From the NCBI GenBank assembly GCA_003221695.1, contig QHSX01000047.1:43394-107393 (forward strand): DNA of 64,000 nt, read 5' to 3'. The stretch is from Candidatus Rokuibacteriota bacterium. Lineage in GTDB: Bacteria; Methylomirabilota; Methylomirabilia; Rokubacteriales; CSP1-6. The notes under the pieces were generated by a model. It was not told where the DNA came from. It saw only the letters and a list, made by a program, of their open reading frames with translations, and did no database searches. Made by a program: the position numbers and the translations under genes. This document shows, in pieces, positions 10,354-18,604 of this stretch; the first letter of the stretch is position 1; each line of letters starts with the position of its first letter.

Positions 10354-10686
10354 TCACCTCCTCACGCGTTCCGGCTCCCCGCCCAGGAGCAGAATCGACT
10401 GAGCCTCGGGTGGGCTCCCTGGCTTCTCGAGATACTTCACGCGGACGAGTCCGCCGGCCCGGACGACGTCGAGACCCGAGCGTGTTCGGCACGCGATCAC
10501 TTCGGTCTCAGGGTCGACCTCCAGGCGGCGCCGCTCGCCGCCGTCTCCGCTCACGATCAGGAGCTTCCGCGCCGGATCGATCGCCTCGACCCGGCCGACG
10601 AGCAAGCGCTCCTCGTGGGCGGCCGTGGGCGCGGCCCAGAGCGCGCTCGCCGCCAGGAGTCCGAACGCCGCCCGGCGGGGACTCAT
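10354..10686 (-). CDS. small secreted hypothetical protein (paralogue of 10683..11048)
   Basis: Signal peptide MSPRRAAFGLLAASALWAAPTAA. Its ATGA overlaps the upstream gene's stop. It shares the pattern GRV..(I/V)D...(K/T)L.V with its neighbour. Confidence 0.6.
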   Translation of the reverse strand: MSPRRAAFGLLAASALWAAPTAAHEERLLVGRVEAIDPARKLLIVSGDGGERRRLEVDPETEVIACRTRSGLDVVRAGGLVRVKYLEKPGSPPEAQSILLLGGEPERVRR

Positions 10687-11048
10687 TGCGCCCGCTCGAT
10701 GACGATCAGGTTGACGACCCCATCGACGCCGACCACCTCGTAAAACGCGCTCACGACCATCCCCGCTCTCACGTGGCCCAGCCCGGCGCGGTCCTCGGCG
10801 CAGGTGAAGACCCTGGTGGACGGCGCGGCCTTGAGCGTCACCTGGCGTGTTTGCCCGCGGAACTCGCGGGCGACGACGAGCGTCCGGGCATCGGCGTCCA
10901 CGGACACCACGCGCCCCTGGATCTCGCGCTGGGTCTCACCGTTCGCCGAGGTCGTCCCGGGCGCGGCGCCTACGAGCCCGGCGACCAGCGCCGCCGCGAG
11001 CGCGCCGACCCGGGCGCGCGTCACCTCGGCCACACCCCCGCGCGTCAC
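10683..11048 (-). CDS. small secreted hypothetical protein
   Basis: The GTG at 11048 forms a GTGA overlap with the stop of the upstream gene (11045). Signal-like RARVGALAAALVAGLVGAAPG. The longer 295-aa track ORF overlaps the better-supported gene 11045..11761. Confidence 0.55.
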   Translation of the reverse strand: MTRGGVAEVTRARVGALAAALVAGLVGAAPGTTSANGETQREIQGRVVSVDADARTLVVAREFRGQTRQVTLKAAPSTRVFTCAEDRAGLGHVRAGMVVSAFYEVVGVDGVVNLIVIERAQ

Positions 11049-11761
11049 GACGGCCCCACCGCCCCGACGACCACTCGGAGCAGGCGCCGGCGCTGCTGGT
11101 CGAAGGCCTCCGGCGACGGCGGCGTGCCGGTCTCGGAATCGCCGAGCGCGCGCGCCATGGCGTCCAGCGCCGCGCGCGCCGTCGTCGCCGCCGTCGGGTG
11201 CGACGTGTTCAGGTAGCCCTCCAGGCTGACCGTGTAGTAGCGGAGCACGAACGGGTAGAGTCGCGCGGCGACCTCCGTCTGGTCGAGGTGGAGCCAGAGG
11301 GCGTCCAGGAGCTCGCGCAGCAAGACCACGTACATTTCCCTGAGCGCGGCCTTCACTGCGTCGCGACGACGCTCCGCCAAGCCGGTCTCGATCCGCAGCG
11401 TCAGATCGCTCCCGTACTCCCGGTCGATCCGGCCGGCCTCGGCCTTGAGGCTTCCGGACCAGCGGTGGAGCTGATAGTCGGCTTTGAAGACCATGCCCGG
11501 CTCGTTCGGCCGCACGAGCCACCGACGGAAGCCCCCGGGCTTGAGCCTCACGCGCGTCGTGCCGTCCCACACCTGGTGCGCCAGGTCGAAGCGCTCGCTC
11601 GGGTCGTCGAGCATGAGCTGGAGCAAGCGCGTGTCGCGCGTCAGCTGGTTTTCGGGCGGGGCGTACGCCGCGTGGAAGAGATGCGCCCGTGCGTCGGAGG
11701 GCGCGAGGCCGAGCGCCGCTGACGTCAGCATGAGCACCGCGATCCGCGCTCGTGAGGTCAC
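11045..11761 (-). CDS. secreted hypothetical protein
   Basis: The GTG at 11761 forms a GTGA overlap with the stop at 11758. Signal peptide RARIAVLMLTSAALGLAPSDARA. I recognise no family. Confidence 0.6.
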   Translation of the reverse strand: MTSRARIAVLMLTSAALGLAPSDARAHLFHAAYAPPENQLTRDTRLLQLMLDDPSERFDLAHQVWDGTTRVRLKPGGFRRWLVRPNEPGMVFKADYQLHRWSGSLKAEAGRIDREYGSDLTLRIETGLAERRRDAVKAALREMYVVLLRELLDALWLHLDQTEVAARLYPFVLRYYTVSLEGYLNTSHPTAATTARAALDAMARALGDSETGTPPSPEAFDQQRRRLLRVVVGAVGPS

Positions 11762-12297
11762 GGTCCCTCCAGCCTGCGGCCGCGCAGCAGCGCCACGATG
11801 TAGCAGGCGAGCGTTCCCCAGATGGCGAGGATCGCCGCGCCGCCGAAGGGCACGAAGAACATCCACTCGATCGGCGCGCGAAGCCGCGCGAGCCCCCACG
11901 TGGGAATCAGCCAGCCCAGGGCCAGCCACCCGGGCGGGTAGAGCGCGCCGAGCGACACGAACACGCACAACGGTTGCTTGAGGTGCTCGGGGATCGGCAG
12001 GTTGACGGTGGCCAGCGAGACGAGGAGGATCAGCATGCCGAGGCCGAGCCCGTGAACGTGGAGCATGCGGAGCGCGTTGTTGGACTGCTCCACGATCTCG
12101 GCGATGCGCGCCTGGTCGATCACCTCCGCGCCGGCGAAGCCGTGGACCTCGGGGCGCTTGACCACCTCGCGGCGGGCAGCTTCCGAAAGCGCGTCCTGGA
12201 AGCTGACGAGGAGCCCGCCGGTGGACGCGCCGACCGCGAACATGCAGAGGCTGGCGACCAGCGCGATCGTCGGTGGACGGCGGAGGGAGTCGCTCAC
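11758..12297 (-). CDS. hypothetical integral membrane protein (about 4 TM segments)
   Basis: 179-aa ORF with a GTG start. Hydrophobic segments include IALVASLCMFAVGASTGGLLV, GLGLGMLILLVSLATV, LCVFVSLGALYPPGWLALGWLI and FFVPFGGAAILAIWGTLACYIVALL. Confidence 0.6.
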   Translation of the reverse strand: MSDSLRRPPTIALVASLCMFAVGASTGGLLVSFQDALSEAARREVVKRPEVHGFAGAEVIDQARIAEIVEQSNNALRMLHVHGLGLGMLILLVSLATVNLPIPEHLKQPLCVFVSLGALYPPGWLALGWLIPTWGLARLRAPIEWMFFVPFGGAAILAIWGTLACYIVALLRGRRLEGP

Positions 12298-12307
12298 CCC
12301 GAACCCG

Positions 12308-12856
12308 CTACTTGTCCGGCGTCGGGCGCTCGATCGCGCCGAGCGCCTCGCGCAAGCGCCGGTCGAAGAGAAAGGAGAGCGCCCGGGCGAGCGCGGACCG
12401 GAGCTTCTCGCGGTCCTTGAGATTCTCGTCGGAGATGAAGATGGCCGCCGGCGAGAGGTGGACGTCAGGGTGTTGTCGGAGCTCGAGCTCGAGCCACCGG
12501 AACATTCGGCGGCGTCCGCCCTCGCCGAAGCGAGCGATCTTGGCGTCGCTCACAAATACCACCGGCAGGAGGTCCGCCGGCAGCTGGGCCCTCTCGTGGG
12601 CGCGGAGCAGCGTGCCGAAGGTCTCGTCGACCAGGGTCAACTCGAGATCGCTGGCGAGCGCCGCGTCGTGGTTGATCTGCACGACCAGGCCGTAGCGGGG
12701 CGAGGTGTGGCGGACGCCGGCGAAGTTCGTCTCCTGGGGCGAAACCTTTCGACCTCCGACCGTGAACTGCGCCGCGGCGGGCGTCGGCCAGAGGGTCACC
12801 GCGAGCCCGACCCACGCGACGAGCCGTGGCCACGACCACCGGGCCCTCTCGTCCAT
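12308..12856 (-). CDS. secreted hypothetical protein
   Basis: The ATG at 12856 has AGGAGG 8 nt upstream. Signal peptide WPRLVAWVGLAVTLWPTPAAAQ. It is the first gene of the five-gene string. Confidence 0.6.
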   Translation of the reverse strand: MDERARWSWPRLVAWVGLAVTLWPTPAAAQFTVGGRKVSPQETNFAGVRHTSPRYGLVVQINHDAALASDLELTLVDETFGTLLRAHERAQLPADLLPVVFVSDAKIARFGEGGRRRMFRWLELELRQHPDVHLSPAAIFISDENLKDREKLRSALARALSFLFDRRLREALGAIERPTPDK

Positions 12857-13040
12857 CACACCGACCTCCTGCAACGTGCGCCGATATTCCTCCACCGGTC
12901 GAGTCCTGTCAACGGGCGGGGGGCGAGCGGGCGGGGGCCGCCGGACCACAGGGTTGACGACCGCCGCGCGGGGCGCGCACAATCGGGTCCGCCATGGCCG
13001 GCCCGGTGACAGCGCGTGGTGCGGCGGTGGGGAGGACGCG

Positions 13041-14144
13041 ATGACGACGCAGGCGACGGCGGCGGTGCTCTACCAGGTGAAGCAGCCCCTCGTGGTCGAG
13101 GACGTCGAGGTGCTGGAGCCCGGGACCCACGAGGTGCTCGTCCGTTGGGTGGCCAACGGGGTCTGTCACAGCGACCTGCACGTGATCACCGGCGACTACC
13201 CCCACCCGCTCCCCGTCGTGCTCGGCCACGAGGCGGCCGGCATCGTCGAGAAGGTCGGCGCCGCCGTGGAGTCGGTGAAGCCCGGCGACCACGTGTGCTC
13301 GAGCTACATCCCCTCGTGCGGGAAGTGTGGGTACTGCATCGGCGGCCAGCCCACCCTGTGCGCCCTGCGCGACAAGCCGCGCTGGTTCATGCTCGACGGC
13401 ACGCCGCGTTTCCGCAAGGGCGGCCAGGGGCTCCATCACTTCCTCCAGGTGTCCGGCTACGCGACCCGCTCGGTGGTGCTCGAGGAGGGCGTCATCCCCG
13501 TCCGCAAGGACGCGCCGCTCGAGGTGGTCTGCCTCGTGAGCTGCGGCGTCCTCGCGGGGGCCGGCCCGGTGTGGAACCGCGCCAAGGTCCCGCCGGGCGC
13601 GAGCGTCGCCGTGTTCGGCTGCGGCGGCGTGGGCCTCAACACCATCCAGGCGGCGCGGCTCGTGGGCGCGGCGAAGATCATCGCCGTGGACGTGCTGCCG
13701 AAGAAGCTCGAGTGGGCGCAAGAGTTCGGCGCCAGCCATGTCGTCGACGCCTCCCGCGAAGACCCCGTGGCCCGCGTCCAGGCGATCGCCGGCGGCGGCG
13801 GCGTGGATTTCGCGTTCGAGGTGGTCGGCACGCAGCGGACCATCGAGCAGGCGCTCCTGTCCACGCACCGCGGGGGGATGGCCGTCGTCATCGGCATCAG
13901 CCCCGCGGGGACGCGCCTCAGCATCGACCCCATGCTGCTCGTCCAGCAGCGGATCCTCACCGGATCGTCGTTCGGCGCCGGGCACCAGCGCACCGACGTG
14001 CCGATGCTGATCGACCTCTTCATGGATGGGAAGTACAGGCTGCGCGAGCTGATCAGCCGCCGGCTGCCGCTCGGCGAGATCAACCACGCCTTCGACCTCC
14101 TGCAGCAGGGCGAGGTCAAGCGCAGCGTGATCGCCTACGACTGA
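13041..14144 (+). CDS. zinc-type alcohol dehydrogenase (class III-like)
   Basis: The ATG at 13041 follows GGGGAGGA. Motifs: GVCHSDLH, GHEAAGIVEKVG, structural zinc CGKCGYC, and Rossmann VFGCGGVGL. Confidence 0.9.
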   Translation: MTTQATAAVLYQVKQPLVVEDVEVLEPGTHEVLVRWVANGVCHSDLHVITGDYPHPLPVVLGHEAAGIVEKVGAAVESVKPGDHVCSSYIPSCGKCGYCIGGQPTLCALRDKPRWFMLDGTPRFRKGGQGLHHFLQVSGYATRSVVLEEGVIPVRKDAPLEVVCLVSCGVLAGAGPVWNRAKVPPGASVAVFGCGGVGLNTIQAARLVGAAKIIAVDVLPKKLEWAQEFGASHVVDASREDPVARVQAIAGGGGVDFAFEVVGTQRTIEQALLSTHRGGMAVVIGISPAGTRLSIDPMLLVQQRILTGSSFGAGHQRTDVPMLIDLFMDGKYRLRELISRRLPLGEINHAFDLLQQGEVKRSVIAYD

Positions 14145-15034
14145 CCGCGCACTTTGACGCCTGCCCTCTCCTCCTGGAGCATGAAGGGCGCGGAGAAGTC
14201 CTTGTCGCCCCAGCCACGCGCCAGCGCCTCGATCAGCGTCTGCTCGGCGAGCGCCGCCATCTCCATCGGCACGTTGTACTCGCGCGCGAGCTCGGTCGCG
14301 AGCCCGAGGTCCTTCCGCGCGAGGCGAAGCGCGAAGCGGACCGTGTCGAAGTCGCCCTTGAAGACGATCTCGGGAAGCACCTGCGTGAGGAGCAGCCCCT
14401 GACCGAAGGCCCCGCCCTTCACCGCGGCGAGCAGCGCCTCCGGCCGCACGCCCGCCTTGACGCCGAGTGTGAAGGCCTCGGCAACGACCTGGCGCGTGCA
14501 GATGCCGATCATGTTGTGGACGAGTTTGGCGATCGTACCGCACCCGATCTCACCCATGTACCCGACCTTATCGCCCATCGCCTCGAGGACGGGCTTGACC
14601 CGATCGAAGAGCGCCTCGTCGCCGCCGACCATGATCTGCAGCGTCCCGCGCTGGGCGCCCCAGACGCCACCGCTCACGGGCGCGTCGAGCACGTGCACGC
14701 CCTTCGCCTTGAAGGCGGCGTGGATCTTGCGCATCACGCGCGGCGAGCCTGTCGAGAGGTCGGCGTAGATCGCGCCCTGGGCGGCGCCGTGGATGATCCC
14801 GCGCTCGCCAAGCGCCACCGCCTCGACCTCCGGCGGGCCGGGGAGCGACGTCAGGATCAACTCGGCACCCTGCGCCGCCCCGCGCGGGCTCTCCGCCCCC
14901 TTGGCGCCCCGCTCGAGGTGCGGCTTCACCATCTCGGATCGCGTGTCGTGCACGACGAGGGCGTGGCCAGCCTTCATGAGGTTCTGGGCCATCGGCCCGC
15001 CCATGTTCCCGAGCCCGATGAATCCGATGCGCAT
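14135..15034 (-). CDS. NAD(P)-dependent beta-hydroxyacid dehydrogenase (3-hydroxyisobutyrate / 2-hydroxy-3-oxopropionate reductase family)
   Basis: The ATG at 15034 follows GGAGG. MRIGFIGLGNMGGPMAQNL, DAPVSGG, and a C-terminal helical domain. Its 3' end overlaps the ADH gene by 10 nt (convergent). Confidence 0.85.
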   Translation of the reverse strand: MRIGFIGLGNMGGPMAQNLMKAGHALVVHDTRSEMVKPHLERGAKGAESPRGAAQGAELILTSLPGPPEVEAVALGERGIIHGAAQGAIYADLSTGSPRVMRKIHAAFKAKGVHVLDAPVSGGVWGAQRGTLQIMVGGDEALFDRVKPVLEAMGDKVGYMGEIGCGTIAKLVHNMIGICTRQVVAEAFTLGVKAGVRPEALLAAVKGGAFGQGLLLTQVLPEIVFKGDFDTVRFALRLARKDLGLATELAREYNVPMEMAALAEQTLIEALARGWGDKDFSAPFMLQEERAGVKVRGQS

Positions 15035-15134
15035 CGTGGCCTCCGATCGGCGCGCGGTCCGCGCGCTCAGCACCCCTCGAGAGCTGCGGTCCGATGCTAT
15101 CACTCGGGGACGCCATGAGGATAGGAGGCACGAC

Positions 15135-16022
15135 ATGACCACGCGCGGCATCGACGCCGTCCTCGCTCACCTCGCAAAGCTCCCGCCGCCGGAGTCGCTG
15201 ACACTCGCGGAGCAGCGCGCGCAGTACGAGCGCGCCGAGCGCGCGTTCCCGATCCCCACCGACGTCACCGTCGAGCGCGTCACGGCGCCGATCGCCCCCG
15301 CCGAGTGGCTCGCGCCGCCGTCGGTGCGCGCCGACGTCGTCGTCCTCTACCTCCACGGGGGCGGCTACGTCATCGGCTCGCCGCGCTCGCACCGTCATCT
15401 GGCGGCGGCGATCGCGCGTGCGGGGCGCGCGCGGGCGCTCGTCCTCGACTACCGCCTGGCGCCCGAGCACCCGTTTCCGGCCGCGCTCGAGGACGCCGTC
15501 GCCGCGTACCGCTGGCTCCTGGCCCAGGGGACCGCGCCCGCGCGCCTCGTCGTCGCCGGCGACTCCGCGGGCGGTGGTCTCACGGTCGCGACGCTCGTCG
15601 CCCTGCGCGAGCGCGGCCTCCCGCTCCCGGCGGCCGGCGTCGCGATCTCCCCCTGGGTCGACCTTACCTGCAGCGCGCGGAGCTACGCGACGAACGCCGG
15701 GGTCGATCCCATCGTGCGCCCGGCGATGGTCGCCGAGATGGCGCGCGCCTACCTCGGCGGGGCCGACCCGCGGACCCCGCTCGCGTCACCGCTCTTCGCC
15801 GACCTGTCCGGCCTGCCGCCGCTCCTGATCCACGTCGGTCGCGACGAGGTTCTGCTCGACGACGCTACCGGGCTCGCCGAGCGCGCCAAGGCGGCAGGCG
15901 TCGCGGCGCGGCTCGAGATCGTGCCGCGGATGGTCCACGTCTGGCACTGGTTCCTGCCCATGCTCGACGAGGCCCAGACCGCGGTCGACGAGATCGGCGC
16001 GTTCGTCAGGCAGGCGTGCTAG
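15135..16022 (+). CDS. alpha/beta hydrolase, hormone-sensitive-lipase-like esterase
   Basis: The ATG at 15135 follows AGGAGG. Oxyanion HGGGY and nucleophile GDSAGG. Confidence 0.85.
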   Translation: MTTRGIDAVLAHLAKLPPPESLTLAEQRAQYERAERAFPIPTDVTVERVTAPIAPAEWLAPPSVRADVVVLYLHGGGYVIGSPRSHRHLAAAIARAGRARALVLDYRLAPEHPFPAALEDAVAAYRWLLAQGTAPARLVVAGDSAGGGLTVATLVALRERGLPLPAAGVAISPWVDLTCSARSYATNAGVDPIVRPAMVAEMARAYLGGADPRTPLASPLFADLSGLPPLLIHVGRDEVLLDDATGLAERAKAAGVAARLEIVPRMVHVWHWFLPMLDEAQTAVDEIGAFVRQAC

Positions 16023-16037
16023 GGTCGCGCGCTACAC

Positions 16038-16721
16038 TCATCGGTTGATCCCGAGCGTCACGCGGTGGCCTTCTCCACTCAGCGCGACGCCGTCTTCGCG
16101 GATCTCCTCGACGCGGAGCCGGCCCTCGATCGTGTCGCCCTCGACGTACTTGCGCCCGTTGACGAAGATCATCCGCTTCTCCGGCACCTCCGAGTAGATC
16201 AGCGCCTCGAGCCTCAACCCGGCCAGGCTGGGCGACGTCGGCGGCGCGGCGGGCGACGCGTGCGGCGCGACGGCTGGCGCCGGCGCTTCTTGGGTCGTGG
16301 GCGCCGGCCGCTCAGGAACCGGGCGCGCCGCCGCCGGCGGTGCGGGCGTCGGAGCCGGCGTCGTGGCGGGCTTGAGTCGTGGCGGTTCGGGCGCCGGCCG
16401 CTCTCGTGGCGCCGCCCTGCGCTCGCGCATCTCCATTGTCCGCTGAGGCTCGAGCGCTGAGGACTGCGGGGACGGTGACGTCGCGGGCGCCGCGACATCG
16501 ACCGCCTCGGGCGGCGCCACGGTCGCCATGGGTCGCAGCCAGATCACCAGCAGGACGGCCAGCAGGCTGGCATTGAGCACGAGCGCCGCGAGCAGACGGC
16601 CCGGCGCGCGGGCCCAGACCGACCTCGGCGTCGCGGAGGGACCCAGCAGCCGTTTCAGCACGGGCGCCTGCCGGTCTCGCTGCTCCGCGGCCTTCTTGAG
16701 CGCGTCGAGGATGTAGGACAT
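16038..16721 (-). CDS. GspB/ExeB-like protein (type II secretion assembly factor B family)
   Basis: N-terminus MSYILDALKKAAEQR, one TM segment, a Pro/Ala-rich linker, and a C-terminal LEALIYSEVPEKRMIFVNGRKYVEGD characteristic of the T2SSB domain. It starts 1 nt after the exeA-like stop. Confidence 0.7.
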   Translation of the reverse strand: MSYILDALKKAAEQRDRQAPVLKRLLGPSATPRSVWARAPGRLLAALVLNASLLAVLLVIWLRPMATVAPPEAVDVAAPATSPSPQSSALEPQRTMEMRERRAAPRERPAPEPPRLKPATTPAPTPAPPAAARPVPERPAPTTQEAPAPAVAPHASPAAPPTSPSLAGLRLEALIYSEVPEKRMIFVNGRKYVEGDTIEGRLRVEEIREDGVALSGEGHRVTLGINR

Positions 16722-16722
16722 G

Positions 16723-18363
16723 CTACGGTCGAGCTCGCGTGAGTGACGGGGCGTCGGGGCCCTGCGTCGCGGCGGCGAGGCGGACGAGCGTCTCCTCGCC
16801 CACGATGCCGTCGGGCGTCAACGACTCGACCCGCTGGAAAACCACGACTCGCCGCATCAGCTCAGCGTCGTAGACCTGGTTCCCGCTCGCGGGCGTCCCG
16901 TCCCCCTCGATCTCCCCGAGTCGCTCACGGAGCCAGAGGACATCCTTGCCGCGCATCCCCGGCCTGAGCGGCACCTGGTCCAGGGCCGGCGGCTTCCAGA
17001 TCACCACGAACAGACCGTCCCAGAGGCGCTCGATCTGAACGGCCGGAAGCGTCACCCGACGCTCGCCGATCTGGAGCGTGGCGCGTTCAGCCTCCAACCC
17101 GGTCAGCACCACGTAGTGCTTGTCGCCTCCGGGGGTGACGAGCGGGAGGATCGCGGGGAGGTTGAGGCGACGCAGCACGGTCCATGTCCCGGTTCGACGA
17201 AGGCAGCGAAGGCCGGCCTGATACCCGTATTCACACCCGAGCTCATTCGCGTTGGGATCGGACTCGAGCTGCCAGAGCGCGTAGAGCTGCGCGAAGGCGG
17301 CCGTCTCGTCGGTGCTCACCGCGGGGTCTCGCAGGACCTCGGCGAGCGTCGGCTCCGGGCGCGCCGGCTCGGCCGCCGTCGAGGCGACGACCGGCGCGGT
17401 CGGTGCCGCCGGGGCCGAGTTCGCGACGCCCCCGCGGAGCGCCAGGGAGCCGAGGCGCGGGAGGCTCGACGGCCCGAGCACGCTGAGCGCCCCGCCCGCG
17501 CCGGCGAGCACGGCCGCGATGGCTGTGGCGGTGACCAAGCGTCGGCTCCGCGGACGCCGGCCGAGCACTTCCAGCGCCGCCTGGCGCACGATCGCCGAGG
17601 AGACGCGCGTGCGCCCGGTGGCGTAGGCGCCGAGGAGGGCACGGTCACAGATGGTGTTGAGCCGCCGCGGGATGCCGTGCGCCAGGCGGTGGGCGACGCG
17701 AACGGCGCCCGTCTCGAAGATCGGCTGCCGCTGGCCCGCGACCTCCATCCGATGCTGCACGTACGCGCGCGTCTCCTCCTCGGTGAATGGCCGCAGGTGA
17801 TAGCGCGCGGTGACCCGCTGCGCGAGCTGACGCAGGTCTGGTCGAGCGAGGATCTCCGCCAGCTCGGGCTGGCCGATCAGGATGACCTGGAGGAGCTTCT
17901 CCCGGGTCGTCTCGAGGTTCGTCAGCAGCCGGACCTCCTCGAGCACCTCGGCGCTGAGGTTCTGCGCCTCGTCGATGATCAGCACGGTCCGCCGCCCGCG
18001 CCCGTGCGCCTCGAGGAGCGCCTGGGAGAGCGCATCGACCAGGACCTTGAGGCTCGTCGTGCCTGCCGGATAGGCCACGCGGAGCTCGTCGCACACGACC
18101 GCGAGCAGCTCGACCGACGTCAGCCGGGGATTGAAGATCATGGCGACATCGACGTCGGGCGGCACCTGCTCGAGCAAGGCGCGGCACACGGTGGTCTTCC
18201 CCGTACCGACCTCGCCCGTGAGCTGCACGACGCTTCCCCCGCCCCCGACCCCGTAGAGCAGATGGGCGAGGGCCTCACGGTGCGCGTCGCTCAGATAGAG
18301 GTAGCGCGGATCGGGCGCGAGGGAAAACGGCCGCTCGGTGAGTCCGAAGTGGGCGGCATACAT
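16723..18363 (-). CDS. ExeA/GspA-like AAA ATPase with C-terminal peptidoglycan-binding domain
   Basis: Starts at the ATG at 18363 with MYAAHFGLTERPFSLAPDPRYLY. Walker A GEVGTGKTT, Walker B LIIDEAQNL, a TM segment, and a PG_binding_1-like LTPDGIVGEETLVRL. The first 189 codons of the 735-aa track ORF are Arg/Ser/Ala-rich with no recognisable motif. Confidence 0.8.
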   Translation of the reverse strand: MYAAHFGLTERPFSLAPDPRYLYLSDAHREALAHLLYGVGGGGSVVQLTGEVGTGKTTVCRALLEQVPPDVDVAMIFNPRLTSVELLAVVCDELRVAYPAGTTSLKVLVDALSQALLEAHGRGRRTVLIIDEAQNLSAEVLEEVRLLTNLETTREKLLQVILIGQPELAEILARPDLRQLAQRVTARYHLRPFTEEETRAYVQHRMEVAGQRQPIFETGAVRVAHRLAHGIPRRLNTICDRALLGAYATGRTRVSSAIVRQAALEVLGRRPRSRRLVTATAIAAVLAGAGGALSVLGPSSLPRLGSLALRGGVANSAPAAPTAPVVASTAAEPARPEPTLAEVLRDPAVSTDETAAFAQLYALWQLESDPNANELGCEYGYQAGLRCLRRTGTWTVLRRLNLPAILPLVTPGGDKHYVVLTGLEAERATLQIGERRVTLPAVQIERLWDGLFVVIWKPPALDQVPLRPGMRGKDVLWLRERLGEIEGDGTPASGNQVYDAELMRRVVVFQRVESLTPDGIVGEETLVRLAAATQGPDAPSLTRARP

Positions 18364-18604
18364 GGTGTGACCCACGTCGAAGCTAGAGAAAGATGGGGCC
18401 CTCGTCAAGGGCGCCGAGTCAGCCTGGCGCGTGTGTCCGGCCGACCGTGCCATCGCGGCGAACCGTGAGCGGGCCGGGGCCCTCGGCGGCGAGAATCTGC
18501 GCCAGAACGGCCACTCCCGCGCCCGCCCGTTTGGTACCGACGTTGCTTCGCTTTCAGGGCGCGGGGGTGTCTGCCCGCTCGCCGCCGCAGGAGGCGTAGG
18601 TGCC

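Noticed and set aside
12909-15118. 544-aa minus-strand and 700-aa plus-strand ORFs over the ADH and hydroxyacid dehydrogenase region
   Set aside because: They are shadow frames. The ADH (13041..14144 plus) and dehydrogenase (14135..15034 minus) frames carry unambiguous cofactor and zinc motifs.
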